A stretch of 63,147 nucleotides of DNA, filler included, from Octopus bimaculoides (GCF_001194135.2; 7 parts of 6 records of this genome joined end to end with filler, not necessarily neighbours in it), one strand, 5' to 3'. Positions 36,480 through 49,666 are shown, counted from the whole stretch's first letter. The notes: a model not told the origin generated them from the letters alone. Translations and numbers: made by a program.

Positions 36480-36718
36480 AAAGTAAGATTGCATCTACCT
36501 GTTAATCTACCCGTTAGAAAACACAGCAAAATTTTTCTCAAATCATTACCCGCAGTGTCAATGAGTTATCTCCTTATGGTCGAGCTTCCTGCAAATAATA
36601 TCCGTCAGGTTTCCTTTAAATAATATTCACACGAATCAGTATGGATATTTCTATGAAGTCACTTTGCCTGCTAGAAATAACAGTTGATTTTTCTACAAAT
36701 TTTACGTTACGATCTTAC

Positions 36719-36949
36719 ATCAGTAAAAGACATATAGATTATCTCGGACCTAGATATCCCCAAGATTATATGGTCACGGATTAACTGTCTTTGATCAAAA
36801 GTGTGCCCGATCAGAGTTGAAGTATCTTCCTCGAAAGAAATATACATCGGACAATGTGCTTCTAAGAACGCTATATTTGAATAACTGAGGAACCGGTCAT
36901 TCAGTGGAAAGCCCTCCATCATTCCTGTTTGATCATAACTGACACTCGG
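36719..36949 (-). CDS. Candidate orphan exon PSVSYDQTGMMEGFPLNDRFLSYSNIAFLEAHCPMYISFEEDTSTLIGHTFDQRQLIRDHIILGISRSEIIYMSFTD
   Basis: 77 open codons bounded by CTTAG (in-frame stop immediately upstream) and GTAAGA, phase 0/0; no recognised domain. Confidence 0.3.
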
Positions 36950-37394
36950 CTAAGCATGACAGCAATCGTGGTTTCCATTCTATCTTCACTGCTTTGAATA
37001 TGTAACGAAACAAAATCGGAACACAGTAACTAACATAGTCCTATACATGCAATCCCTGTGATGATGATCATCATGTGGATACTCTCTTCAAACAGAGGCC
37101 TGTGGTCACAGTAAGTGGCTGAAATGGGTGAGATAGTTATGGATGCTGTTACAGAGGACTTTCTTCAAACATGCACACATGCTTGAATGGATGTAATGAC
37201 ATTGACTGTGAGGTTAAACTGCGACAGCAAAATATGCTCACACACACATATGTATGTGTTTGTATGCATGCATATATATGCATAACATACATACATATAT
37301 ATATATATATACATAATATACTTACATAATATACATACATATCTACATAATATACATACATACATCCATATATATACATAGTATACATACATAT

Positions 37395-37660
37395 ATTATT
37401 GTTATCATCCTCGTTATTATCATAGAAACAAAGCTCAGGTTTACTCTTATTCCTGGGTAGAATTATTGTGGATAGCAGATTACTACCTGTAGCGTTAGGT
37501 ATCCACACGTTTTCGGTAGTCTTTCAAGTGCTTAGAACCTTCCTGATAACCCTTTCTGTCTTTAAGAGACAGACTTTCTGTAGAAGCTCTACTGTTCCCA
37601 ACGTACCAATTATTATGGGAAAAACCTTTACTGTTCTCATGCTCCAAATTCTTCGTAATT
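37395..37660 (-). mobile_element. 3' end of an RLE-type LINE (internally deleted) with 3' UTR and AAT-like tail
   Basis: LRRIWSMRTVKVFPIIIGTLGTVELLQKVCLLKTERVIRKVLST* parallels RMWNLKTETIPIIVGALG...QKIALLGTAHILRKTLS at 62064-62293. Confidence 0.75.
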
Positions 37661-37869
37661 ACCGATTTGGTAATCTGATTCTGTAAGAATCCTACGAAAT
37701 CTAAAGTTGAATCAAACTATTTTAAATAATATAACACCAACTGAATATGCTGAAAGCCTTTTTCTTTTGTTTGTCTACTCGTCCACTCACTCCTATATAT
37801 ATGTGTGTATGTGTGCGTGTGTGTGTGTGTGTGTGTATGTGTGTGTGTGTGTGTGTTTGTATGTGTGTG

Positions 37870-38090
37870 TGTCTGTGTGTGTGTGTCTCTGTTTCTCCCC
37901 CATCACCGCTTGACAATCGGTGTTGGTGTGTTTACGTTCCCATAACTGAGTGGTTTGGCAAAATAGACCGATAGAATAAGTACCAGGTTTAAAAAATAAG
38001 TACTGGGGTCGATTCATTCGACTAAAATTTCAAGGTGGTGCCCCAGCATGGCCGCAGTTCAATGACTGAAACAAGCAAAAAAGATAAAAA
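37870..38090 (+). mobile_element. SINE family 2, 3' half
   Basis: GCTTGACAATCGGTGTTGGTGTGTTTACG...TACTGGGGTCGATTCATTCGACTAAA...CAGCATGGCCGCAG. Confidence 0.85.
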
Positions 38091-38116
38091 ATAGTAGATC
38101 TCTGTCTGTCTATCTG

Positions 38117-38169
<53 letters not shown>

Positions 38170-39699
38170 NNNNNNNNNNNNNNNNNNNNNNNNNNNNNNN
38201 NNNNNNNNNNNNNNNNNNNNNNNNNNNNNNNNNNNNNNNNNNNNNNNNNNNNNNNNNNNNNNNNNNNNNNNNNNNNNNNNNNNNNNNNNNNNNNNNNNNN
38301 NNNNNNNNNNNNNNNNNNNNNNNNNNNNNNNNNNNNNNNNNNNNNNNNNNNNNNNNNNNNNNNNNNNNNNNNNNNNNNNNNNNNNNNNNNNNNNNNNNNN
38401 NNNNNNNNNNNNNNNNNNNNNNNNNNNNNNNNNNNNNNNNNNNNNNNNNNNNNNNNNNNNNNNNNNNNNNNNNNNNNNNNNNNNNNNNNNNNNNNNNNNN
38501 NNNNNNNNNNNNNNNNNNNNNNNNNNNNNNNNNNNNNNNNNNNNNNNNNNNNNNNNNNNNNNNNNNNNNNNNNNNNNNNNNNNNNNNNNNNNNNNNNNNN
38601 NNNNNNNNNNNNNNNNNNNNNNNNNNNNNNNNNNNNNNNNNNNNNNNNNNNNNNNNNNNNNNNNNNNNNNNNNNNNNNNNNNNNNNNNNNNNNNNNNNNN
38701 NNNNNNNNNNNNNNNNNNNNNNNNNNNNNNNNNNNNNNNNNNNNNNNNNNNNNNNNNNNNNNNNNNNNNNNNNNNNNNNNNNNNNNNNNNNNNNNNNNNN
38801 NNNNNNNNNNNNNNNNNNNNNNNNNNNNNNNNNNNNNNNNNNNNNNNNNNNNNNNNNNNNNNNNNNNNNNNNNNNNNNNNNNNNNNNNNNNNNNNNNNNN
38901 NNNNNNNNNNNNNNNNNNNNNNNNNNNNNNNNNNNNNNNNNNNNNNNNNNNNNNNNNNNNNNNNNNNNNNNNNNNNNNNNNNNNNNNNNNNNNNNNNNNN
39001 NNNNNNNNNNNNNNNNNNNNNNNNNNNNNNNNNNNNNNNNNNNNNNNNNNNNNNNNNNNNNNNNNNNNNNNNNNNNNNNNNNNNNNNNNNNNNNNNNNNN
39101 NNNNNNNNNNNNNNNNNNNNNNNNNNNNNNNNNNNNNNNNNNNNNNNNNNNNNGTGGTGGTGGTGGCGGTGGTGGTGGTGGTCGTCGTCGTCGTCGTTTT
39201 AGGCGTCATCGTCGTCGTCGTCGTCGTCAGCCCTCAATCGGCAGTCCTGCGATCAAGGATGTCTTTCAGCCGTGCCCTCCCAGTGTATGTACGACTACTG
39301 TTATTCAATGTGTCCTTTTATTATTTTAGATACAAAGGGTGACACAAGAGAGATTTAGCTACTGTTTGCAGCACGTCGAGCGTCAATGATATTGAAATCG
39401 CCTTCAGTCAAAATATATCAATATTAAGAATCAAAGCCAAGATTTCATTCAATCCACTGGACATCTTTTCATTCCCTAACTGCACATATGCGGTGCCCCA
39501 GCATGGCCACAGTTCGTGAGCTGAAACTAGATGAAATAAACAAAATGAAATAAAAGATGTTACAAAGAATTCCATTTGGTTTCCCGTTTCAGGTTTCTGA
39601 TCTGGGGCAGTATTTAGTTATTGTCAGTACTGAGCGTGCTCGACCCTCAGGATTTTCCCAACAGGTTACAAATTTGGCAAGTTTCTCAAGAAATGCGCC

Positions 39700-40190
39700 T
39701 TGAACAAGTTTATCTGATAATATATTTTGAACAAATTTATATTGGAAAGTCAAGAGCAAGTTTATGTTAGTATGCCTCCACGGCAAGTTTATTTACGAAT
39801 ATGTTTTAAGGAGATTTATTTGGTAGTCTTGGACAAATTTATTGCGGAAAATGTCTCTTGGAGAAGTTTGACTGCTCAACCCATACATGATTTCTTTCTC
39901 TCCATCTTCTATGGCTCCTCATCTATCCATTTTGTAAAAGAGCGTAGGCTTGAAACGTTAAAGGCTTCTTCTATTTTCCTGAGCGTTAAACTATAATACA
40001 TTGTTTGTTCTTTCACCTCGTTTTTATATTTTCTTTATTTTCAGCTTTATCTACGAATATAATTGGAAGACATTTATCTGAGAGTGTGTCTTGAATGAAT
40101 TTATCTCGCAATATTGTAAGACTTGAATACGTTTATCTAGGAATATACTGCGAACAAGTTTATCAACGAAAATATATGATTAAGTGTACT
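39700..40190. repeat. Degenerate ~27-bp minisatellite in two blocks (39700-39875, 40045-40190)
   Basis: Recurrent TTGAACAAGTTTATCT / GACAAATTTATT / GAATACGTTTATCT at ~27-nt spacing. Confidence 0.6.
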
Positions 40191-40771
40191 TCGAAATACG
40201 CTTGCCTGTAATGTCATGAAGGAATAGATGCGTATGCATAATATAAAAATCTATGTATGCGTTCATCTTCACGAATAAGTGTATGTACATATATGTGTAT
40301 ATTTGTGTATATATATATATATATATGTGTGTGTGCTTAAGTATTACATGCATGTATAAATATATATGTTTATATAGATGGAGTAATATTCAAATATATA
40401 GTTGTTTATGGATATGTGTATCATATGAGTGAATGTGTATGTNNNNNNNNNNNNNNNNNNNNNNNNNNNNNNNNNNNNNNNNNNNNNNNNNNNNNNNNNN
40501 NNNNNNNNNNNNNNNNNNNNNNNNNNNNNNNNNNNNNNNNNNNNNNNNNNNNNNNNNNNNNNNNNNNNNNNNNNNNNNNNNNNNNNNNNNNNNNNNNNNN
40601 NNNNNNNNNNNNNNNNNNNNNNNNNNNNNNNNNNNNNNNNNNNNNNNNNNNNNNNNNNNNNNNNNNNNNNNNNNNNNNNNNNNNNNNNNNNNNNNTATAT
40701 ATATATATATATATATATGTTGTTTGTCTAACAATGACGAACCTAACAATAACGAAAATAATGAACGCCTT

Positions 40772-40802
<31 letters not shown>

Positions 40803-41024
40803 TTTGTTTGTTTGTTTACTTCTCTTCAGATTTATTCTCTTTCTGTAAAACATTACTAATACACCGAAATATGAAATGTGTGACTGTGTGATCTGTGCGT
40901 AATAGAATCTGTTATAATAGGGATAAAACGACTAAAACAACAATAACAGAACACTTGAAACAGCAAAAACGACGCTGTCAATGCCACCACCACAACAACA
41001 ACAACAATAACAACAACAACAACA

Positions 41025-41068
<44 letters not shown>

Positions 41069-41258
41069 CAGTAGTAGTAGTAGTAATTATAATGCATTTG
41101 CTACAAGTGTCACAAAACCCCTATTGTAAAGATTGTGTTTTGGTTACAACAAACCACCATTTTTTACAATAGAAAACAATACAGTTCCAATGAATAAACA
41201 TGTGTCTGTATTGAGTGTATTTTATACATATATGCGTGTACGTTTGTGTGTGAGTTGG

Positions 41259-41297
<39 letters not shown>

Positions 41298-42271
41298 TGT
41301 GTCTGTGTCTGTGTGCGTGTTTATGTTTGTTAGTATTTGCGAGTACGTGTGTTCTTTCATGCATACATATAGTAATATAGCGCGGTAGGTAGATACAAGT
41401 ATAGACAATCAAACAGCTGAATAGAAGGACAGACAAAAAGTTAGACAGACAGGTACATACTTACATACATATTTACATATATACATATATAAATACATAC
41501 AAAAGCAGGTAGATAAACTGATAGTCAGACAGATCGCCAGACAGAGAGAGAGCGAGAAAAAAAGAGTTTGATTGCTTGATTTATCGATTGATTAACTGAT
41601 CGATTTTATTGATAGGAATCAGGTGACCCTTATAATCCACAATAAGAATGAAATTAATGGTACATACAGAGTAAAGATATTTTATAATAAACGTTAGTTA
41701 TCTCACAATATAGTATCTAAAGTGTTTAGACTTCTGCTCAAAAGTTCGTGGTTTCACTTCCTTCACAACTAACGTGTTTTCTTTCTACTCACCTTGAGCA
41801 AGATGATCCATTTCACGTTGCTCCAATTCTCTCGGCTGAAAACGTGTACCAACAAGATACTGGTGCAACCTTTCCCTTCCCTATTCTGCTGTCACATCTT
41901 TGATATTCGCATGAATGAAGGGCGAAGTACCGAGATGCTGTCTATATCTGGTCGCGACTATATAAGCACCTACATGAATTTGCGAAACCATGGTGCAAGC
42001 TATCATATGAAACACGCCTCCGAGTGACGGGTACGATCTTTTGTTCTTTTTTAATCTTTTTGGACAGGATGGCCAGATATATTTGCGGCTGATGCTTCTT
42101 GCATCGGTACCTCTCATCCTTTCGGAATCAATAAAATAACTAACAAATGAGTACTGGAGTCGATATAAGCGACTTAAGTTGCTGGCCTTGTGCCAAAATT
42201 AGAAATCGATATTCTATACAACTTAACATTATATTTTGAGAGACATATCTTCCTGCATAAATATGAGTTCA

Positions 42272-42302
<31 letters not shown>

Positions 42303-42419
42303 ACACACATAAATATATATATTTGTGTGTATGTGTGTGCATGTGTGTGTATGTGTGTATGTGTCTGTCGGTGTGTTTCTGTGTGTGTTTGTGTGTGTAT
42401 TTATGTGTGTGTGAGTCGA

Positions 42420-42570
42420 TTTTCTTTCAGTTTCTGTATATCAAATCCACTTACGGGGCTTTGATCGGTCTAGGGCTAAAATAATGAAGGAAAATGGCCC
42501 AAGCTGCTACGCAGTGGAACTGAACTCGGAATCATGTGGTTGGGAAACACACTTCTCACCACAAAGATGC
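42420..42570 (-). mobile_element. SINE family 2, 5' half, diverged
   Basis: TTTCTTTCAGTTTCTG...ACGCAGTGGAACTGAACTCGGAATCATGTGGTTGG on plus strand. Confidence 0.7.
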
Positions 42571-42596
42571 CATATACAGATAGATAGATAGATAGG

Positions 42597-42865
42597 TTTC
42601 TTTATTAGCCACACAGGGCTCAACACAGAGGGGACAAAATACAAATGTAGAGTTTTTCTTTTCGAGGGGTCGAAAACAAAGCAGAAAAAAAAAACAAAAG
42701 TGGGGACAACGATGAAAAAAAAACATCGCAAAACGTTTGGGGTATTTACAAAAAATACGAAATAATACGAAAAATTCCCAATAAATGGGGAGGTTATCCG
42801 TGGAAAGAAAAACCTACGAAAAGACCACGGTAACCTCGGTCTTTAGCGTCACAGTTTGTTAAATA
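42597..42865 (-). mobile_element. Probable LINE 3' UTR fragment with a stem-loop, ending in the SINE family 1 tail
   Basis: Inverted pair GGTTATCCGTGG (42792-42803) / CCACGGTAACC (42825-42835); terminus TTTGTCCCCTCTGTGTTGAGCCCTGTGTGGCTAATAAAGAAAC then (CTAT)n. Confidence 0.5.
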
Positions 42866-42965
42866 NNNNNNNNNNNNNNNNNNNNNNNNNNNNNNNNNNN
42901 NNNNNNNNNTTAATTAATTAANNNNNNNNNNNNNNNNNNNNNNNNNNNNNNNNNNNNNNNNNNNN
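42866..42965. other. Artificial contig linker
   Basis: N44-TTAATTAATTAA-N44. Confidence 0.97.
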
Positions 42966-43228
42966 CCGATCTCTCCGCCGCCGCAGAAGAAATAACATGG
43001 TTATACAAAATTAAATTATCGCTAACAATATTGAATAGTGAGATAAATACATTGCCATTTGTTGTACTAACGTCGTGTGATATCTTGGCAATGTCTGTGT
43101 GCTTTATATTCGGTTATCAGCGATAGGTGTCAATATCCTACATCGTTACACTGTATTGTAATGGATTTCTGAGTGCTACCGTCGAAAACTTAACCAAAAT
43201 GTAGCCCAGTCTATTTGGCTGGTAATAG

Positions 43229-43560
43229 GTATCCCAGCGCCGTCTAAAGACGTGGGCCCATTGGGCTGTTGGCCCGTGGCCTCACGTGTCTAGGGACACT
43301 AATTCTGATCTATGTATGTTGTGGATTACTGTCAGTAAATATATACTATAGGACATAGTGTGACCCGTGGGCCTTACTGGTCGTGGGGCCCATTGCTGAT
43401 TTGTGTATTCTGCGGCTTGCTGCCAATAAATAAATTTCACTGGGCCTAGTTTGTTGATTTGCCCGAGGCCTCACGTCTCTTGGGGCCGCTTTCGGATTTG
43501 TGCATTCTGTGGTTTGCTGTCAATGAATAAATCTCGTATGGGTTTGTGCACTGATTTATC
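43229..43560. repeat. GC-richer repeat with an internal ~97-bp tandem duplication
   Basis: GGGGCC..GATTTGTG.ATTCTG.GG.TTGCTG.CAAT.AATAAAT at 43385 and 43482; GGCCTCACGT.TCT.GGG twice. Confidence 0.65.
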
Positions 43561-43726
43561 TAGGAGACTACAAAACTGCTAAGACGGAGCCGTGGGTGTC
43601 CGAGACAAGAACAAGTAATTTCTATTTCTAAAGGGAGACATAGCGATGTAAAATTAAAGTTTTTTCTTGTTAGGTTTCCGTCCTGTATTACATCTTTGTG
43701 TGGGAATGTAGAAGGTAATGCTAGAA

Positions 43727-43763
<37 letters not shown>

Positions 43764-43948
43764 GAATTGAAAACAGAACACAAAGGATATCGTGGTACAC
43801 GTGTTTATAAAAATCACCATAGGTATATTGATATAAAAGATGGTTTAACACTCTCTTCAGCCGCCTACAATTTTTAGTCCAAAGATTACATCTCAAAAGA
43901 AAAAGTACACTTAGTATTATCCATTATAATAGGTTTAGCACATATTAC

Positions 43949-43984
<36 letters not shown>

Positions 43985-44681
43985 CTTAACCGGTTTCACA
44001 GTTAATTTTTAAAAGCTTATGCTATGTGGAGCTGTGACACAAATAACCTTTTTTTCCTGTCCGTTGTTGTAAAAATCGTTTGATTTTATGGAAAGAATAT
44101 AGCTCAGAAAGCTATTCGTTACCACAAAAATTGATTGGCTGTGAATAGTGACGTGGTGAGTAGAGAAAATTTGGTCCGTTTCTCGCTACGTCCATGTCTT
44201 AAGGTCATTTGACCACCGTGCGAGGAAGTCAAGTCAAATCTTTTGACCAGTAGATGACAGAACAGAGAGGTGAAAGCCATATCCGAATTTAGGGCTGTTT
44301 TAACATTCTACTGTCCACGTGTTAGAATAATTGAAGTAAACCCGACCTCTATGCATATCACACGCCAGGCAGTGTGCTAAAAGTGGTGACATCATTAGTA
44401 TCTTATTGTATAGACCAATAAGCCAATACTTAGATATCGTTGAGGCATAAATTGAACGTTTCTTGCACAACGGCCAAAGCGTCACGTAATGCTAGTAGCA
44501 TCGCCAGTGCTGTTATTCTTTGCGATATCATAGCAGCTGTCATTAATAAAAAACAAGAAAAACGACAACGGTTGTAAAGAGGAAACGTCAAATGCTTTGC
44601 AAATAGGTATGTCTATGTATCTATGTATGAGTGTAATTATGTGGATGTGTGTGTTTATGTATATGCATGTACGTATGTGTG

Positions 44682-44726
<45 letters not shown>

Positions 44727-45140
44727 CAAAGAATATATATATACATGTATACACACATATATGTACATACTTACATCTACATGTGTATATACATGCATAT
44801 CAGGGTACAGGACGTTAGAACAATAAACTACAGACAACGGAACGAACACATAGGAAAACGGAAAGCCCCTTGGAATATCCCTTCATCAGCTGTCTCTATT
44901 CTATCTAGACGTTTCAAAGACCATACATACATATATATATATACATGTATATACAAACACACGTATATATGCATATATACTTATATACGTACACACATAT
45001 ACACATCTTTGTGTATGTGCACACGCATGTGTGCGTCATAGTGTGCGGATGTATCTGTGCGTCTGTATGTGTGTGTGCGTGTGTTTGTGTCTGTGTGCTT
45101 GTATAAGACGTTTATATAATTTTTATGCATGATGTATATG

Positions 45141-45181
<41 letters not shown>

Positions 45182-45815
45182 ATACACACACACACATAAA
45201 TATATATGCATTTATGTATATATTATATATAGGTGAATGGGTGAGTATGTGTATATGTATAAATATATATTTAATTACAAACATATACATACATAAATAT
45301 ATATAAATATACACACGCATATATATATGTATATATGCGTATATATATACACACACACATATATTTACACCCACACCCACACACATACACACCCATATGA
45401 AGCAGATTGTAGCCGTTACCGTAACATGCTACGTATCCCGAAGTCACATTATTACTCTTAATATCTAGCATCTATTAAATTGACACGTGGTTATGAACGC
45501 TGACTTGGCAATGCCTTTTAACAACCTAAAGTAAAAAGCAGGCAGCTGTGCAGTGACGTCGGTAGCGATGGGGTTACTATGTAGTCATGTTTCGACGTAG
45601 CGTTAAGTGGAGTGCTAAGGAAATCCATATATATTTTACGAAATTATATTACAGTAAATTCGATAAATTAAACCACATCTCGTCGCGCCATTTTGTCTGA
45701 GAAGCCGCGAATGATAAAAGGCTGAACGAGGTGGAGTGTTACGTGGTGGCTTATGAGTGAGTGTTTATGTGTGTGTGCGTGTGTCTGTTCACACACACAC
45801 ATACACGCACACACA

Positions 45816-45865
<50 letters not shown>

Positions 45866-46162
45866 AGCATATATATATAAATATATGGGTGTATGTGTGT
45901 GTGTGTGTCTTTATATATATACATATACACACACACATATATATATATATGTAGGCATATATACGGATATATATAAAGAGATACAGATGCATACATACAC
46001 ATAAGCACACTCACACATATGGCTTTGTGCGCAAGTGTGTGTGTGTGTGTGTATGTTTGTGTATATATATATGTCTATATAGACTTGCATGTATGTTGTG
46101 ATAGATATATATCTGTGTGGCATGTATCAAAATCTATCCATATATGTGCACTCGTATATACA

Positions 46163-46245
<83 letters not shown>

Positions 46246-46522
46246 GCACAGCTATCACTATGGCTCTAACTTCCTACGCAATTATACATATGTATTTGCC
46301 CCTGTATATTATGTGTATACGTATGTAATACGCATTTTATACACGCACACTCGCATACACATAATCTAATTGTGTGCGTGTGGTAGTATATCTAATGCAC
46401 ACATGTAAATATGTGAATGACTTTACGAAGTTAACCAAACCGAGATAGATTTTACGAATTTATGAAGTTAAACACAATATAGTTATGTATATTGAGCATA
46501 GCTGTGTATATAAAAACAATAC

Positions 46523-46598
<76 letters not shown>

Positions 46599-46771
46599 AC
46601 ATGATACTTCTTTTTCTGTATATTTCGTTCTCACTTATTTTCTATGTGCTTATATGACGTGCCAAAGACGTAGTTCTCGTTGATAAAAAAATTATGAGTT
46701 TATGAGTTTCCTGTGATTCCAAACTATATAGACGGATTTTTATTCTTTTATTCGTTTATTCTGTTATTCTT

Positions 46772-47145
46772 TTACTCGTTTCAGTCACTTTGACTGCGGC
46801 CATGTTGGACCACCGCCTTTAGTCGAGCAAATCGATCCCAGGACTTATTCTTTGTAAGCCTAGAACTTATTCTATCGGTTTCTTTTGCCGAACCGCTAGG
46901 TTACGGGTATGTAAACACAACGGCATCGGTTGTCAAACGATGTTGGGGGGACAAACACAGACACACAAACATACGCACGCACACACTCACAGACATATGT
47001 ATGTATATATATACATATATACGACGGGTTTCTTTCAATTTCCGTCTACTAAATCCACTCACAAGGCTTTGGTCAGCCCGAGCCTATAGTAGAAGTCACT
47101 TGGCCAAGGTCCCACGCTGTGGGACTGAACACGGAACCATGTGGT
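46772..47145 (-). mobile_element. SINE family 2, near full length
   Basis: Tail, internal (CA)n and head as in 21225-21627. Confidence 0.88.
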
Positions 47146-47394
47146 GTGTATGTGTANNNNNNNNNNNNNNNNNNNNNNNNNNNNNNNNNNNNNNNNNNNN
47201 NNNNNNNNNNNNNNNNNNNNNNNNNNNNNNNNNNNNNNNNNNNNNNNNNNNNNNNNNNNNNNNNNNNNNNNNNNNNNNNNNNNNNNNNNNNNNNNNNNNN
47301 NNNNNNNNNNNNNNNNNNNNNNATATATATATATATATATATACATACATACATACATACACATGCATATATATGTATGTATTTATTTGTGTGT

Positions 47395-47585
47395 CTGTGT
47401 TTGTCCCCCCCCCCCACCGTCGCTTGACAACCGATGTTGGTGTGTTCACTTCCCCGTAACTTAGCGGTTCGGCAAAAGAGTCCGATAGAATAAATACTAG
47501 GCTTGCAAAGAATAAGTCATGGAGTCAATTTGTTCGACTAAAGGCGGTGCTCCAGCATGGCCGCAGTCAAATGACTGAAACGGGT
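47395..47585 (+). mobile_element. SINE family 2, 3' half (inverted relative to 46772-46970)
   Basis: GCTTGACAACCGATGTTGGTGTG...AAAGGCGGTGCTCCAGCATGGCCGCAGTCAAATGACTGAAAC. Confidence 0.88.
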
Positions 47586-48177
47586 AACAGAAAGCCTCAT
47601 AGAATTGGGGTAGGTCATGCCACCCTGTATACACCCAAACATAATTATCTAAATCTACATATTTCGCGAAGTGGCTTCCATCCTTCAGACTTCATTCTCC
47701 ATTTCTTAAGTCTTTTGATATTTTTGCCGGTGCCCTTTTCCATTTATCTAAATATTTTCCCAAATAAAAGTTGCACTTCATTTTAGATGCTCTGAAGAAG
47801 TCGTAAGGTGATGCACAAACACTCGGCTCTGAGTGCACCGTTTTTCATAGCAGAAACACCTGCAAGATAATGAATTTGATTATTTAATCTCTTTATTATT
47901 GGGGTTGTCAAGTTAGCTGGGGACAAACGCAAAGGTACGCAAACACACGCATACATAAACACACGTACACACACACAAACATTACGCACTTGTACACGTC
48001 TGTATGTACCGGATGAATTCTCACAAAGTTTCCTGCTTTCTAAAGTCCCGTACAATGGGACTGAATATATTTCCGGAGCGAACTTTTCAACCACACAACC
48101 ACAAAGCCAGTATATATCTTATACGCGTGTATCTCGGTGAGTGTGTAGAGCACCTAATCTCTCTCTCTGTCTCTCTG

Positions 48178-48222
<45 letters not shown>

Positions 48223-48658
48223 GATATACGTATATATATGCATACGTATCTATGTGTATATATATACATATATANNNNNNNNNNNNNNNNNNNNNNNNNN
48301 NNNNNNNNNNNNNNNNNNNNNNNNNNNNNNNNNNNNNNNNNNNNNNNNNNNNNNNNNNNNNNNNNNNNNNNNNNNNNNNNNNNNNNNNNNNNNNNNNNNN
48401 NNNNNNNNNNNNNNNNNNNNNNNNNNNNNNNNNNNNNNNNNNNNNNNNNNNNNNNNNNNNNNNNNNNNNNNNNNNNNNNNNNNNNNNNNNNNNNNNNNNN
48501 NNNNNNNNNNNNNNNNNNNNNNNNNNNNNNNNNNNNNNNNNNNNNNNNNNNNNNNNNNNNNNNNNNNNNNNNNNNNNNATATATATATATATGTATATAT
48601 ATATATGTATGTATTTTTGTATTATGTATGTATGTATGCATGTATGTATGTATGTATG

Positions 48659-48765
<107 letters not shown>

Positions 48766-49235
48766 ACATATATATATATCAGTGTATGTATGTGTATGTG
48801 TACATATTTATACGTACACATACATATTATTTATGTATACACTCCTGCATACACACTTATATATATATATCTTTTCGTATATACATTACACATTAACGAA
48901 GTTTTCAGTAGCCGTCACGAAAAATCACACATCCATGTTACCCGAAATCAATTTAAGCCTGCCTAATCCGATCAGTGTTCTTAAAGCCAAGTTAAAAGAT
49001 GTTTTCCATTTGATACGCTACTGGAGACGGCTCTGTGCAATATCTTTCATTTGATACGCTTCTGCCGAAGGATGCACACACACACACACGTATATATGTG
49101 TGTTTATCGGACCTTGTGTGAGTCTGTGTGTTTAAGGTGTGTATGCCAGCCATCAGCTTCGTCTAGCTTTCTTTCTCTTTCACATATCTTTCCCCTCATT
49201 AACCATTTCCCTTTTTCTCTCTGTCCGACTTTGTC

Positions 49236-49294
<59 letters not shown>

Positions 49295-49634
49295 GCCTCT
49301 GTGTCTTTCTCTGTCTGTCGCTCCGCTTTTTCCTTCTCCAGTCATCTCTGAACCACAATCAATTTAAATTTCATCCATACCGCCAACTAATTTAATAAAG
49401 GAATAAGAGTGCTCTCTCCTCACACTCTCCTTCATGAAAATCGTGCTTCTGGTATATATATATGTATATTTGTATACACACACTCACATATATAAACACC
49501 TACGCACACTTGTACACATGTACATTTATATGTGAATGTATATATATATACATAGATAAATACACAAACACCCCCTACACACAAACGCACACACATGTGT
49601 ATACACATACGTACATATGTAAACATACATACAT

Positions 49635-49666
<32 letters not shown>

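Noticed and set aside
39593-39664. Plus-strand VSDLGQYLVIVSTERARPSGFSQQ after a good acceptor, Ig-like D-x-G-x-Y
   Set aside because: Conserved cysteine absent, weak donor, isolated.
41770-42035. Unique island with a strong minus-strand donor (AAG|GTGAGT) and several short open frames
   Set aside because: No frame gives a recognisable peptide with both a good acceptor and donor.
44430-44545. Minus-strand signal-peptide-like MTAAMISQRITALAMLLALRDALAVV
   Set aside because: Frame stops after 37 codons, just before the only nearby GT donor.
44860-44925. Minus-strand GAAACGTC followed 18 nt later by CTGATGA (type II hammerhead order)
   Set aside because: Intervening sequence cannot form stem I and stem II pairing is mostly wobble; probably a decayed repeat but no valid fold.
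47783-47870. Good minus-strand acceptor followed by short Cys-containing frames
   Set aside because: All frames stop within 27 codons; no upstream partner exon identified.
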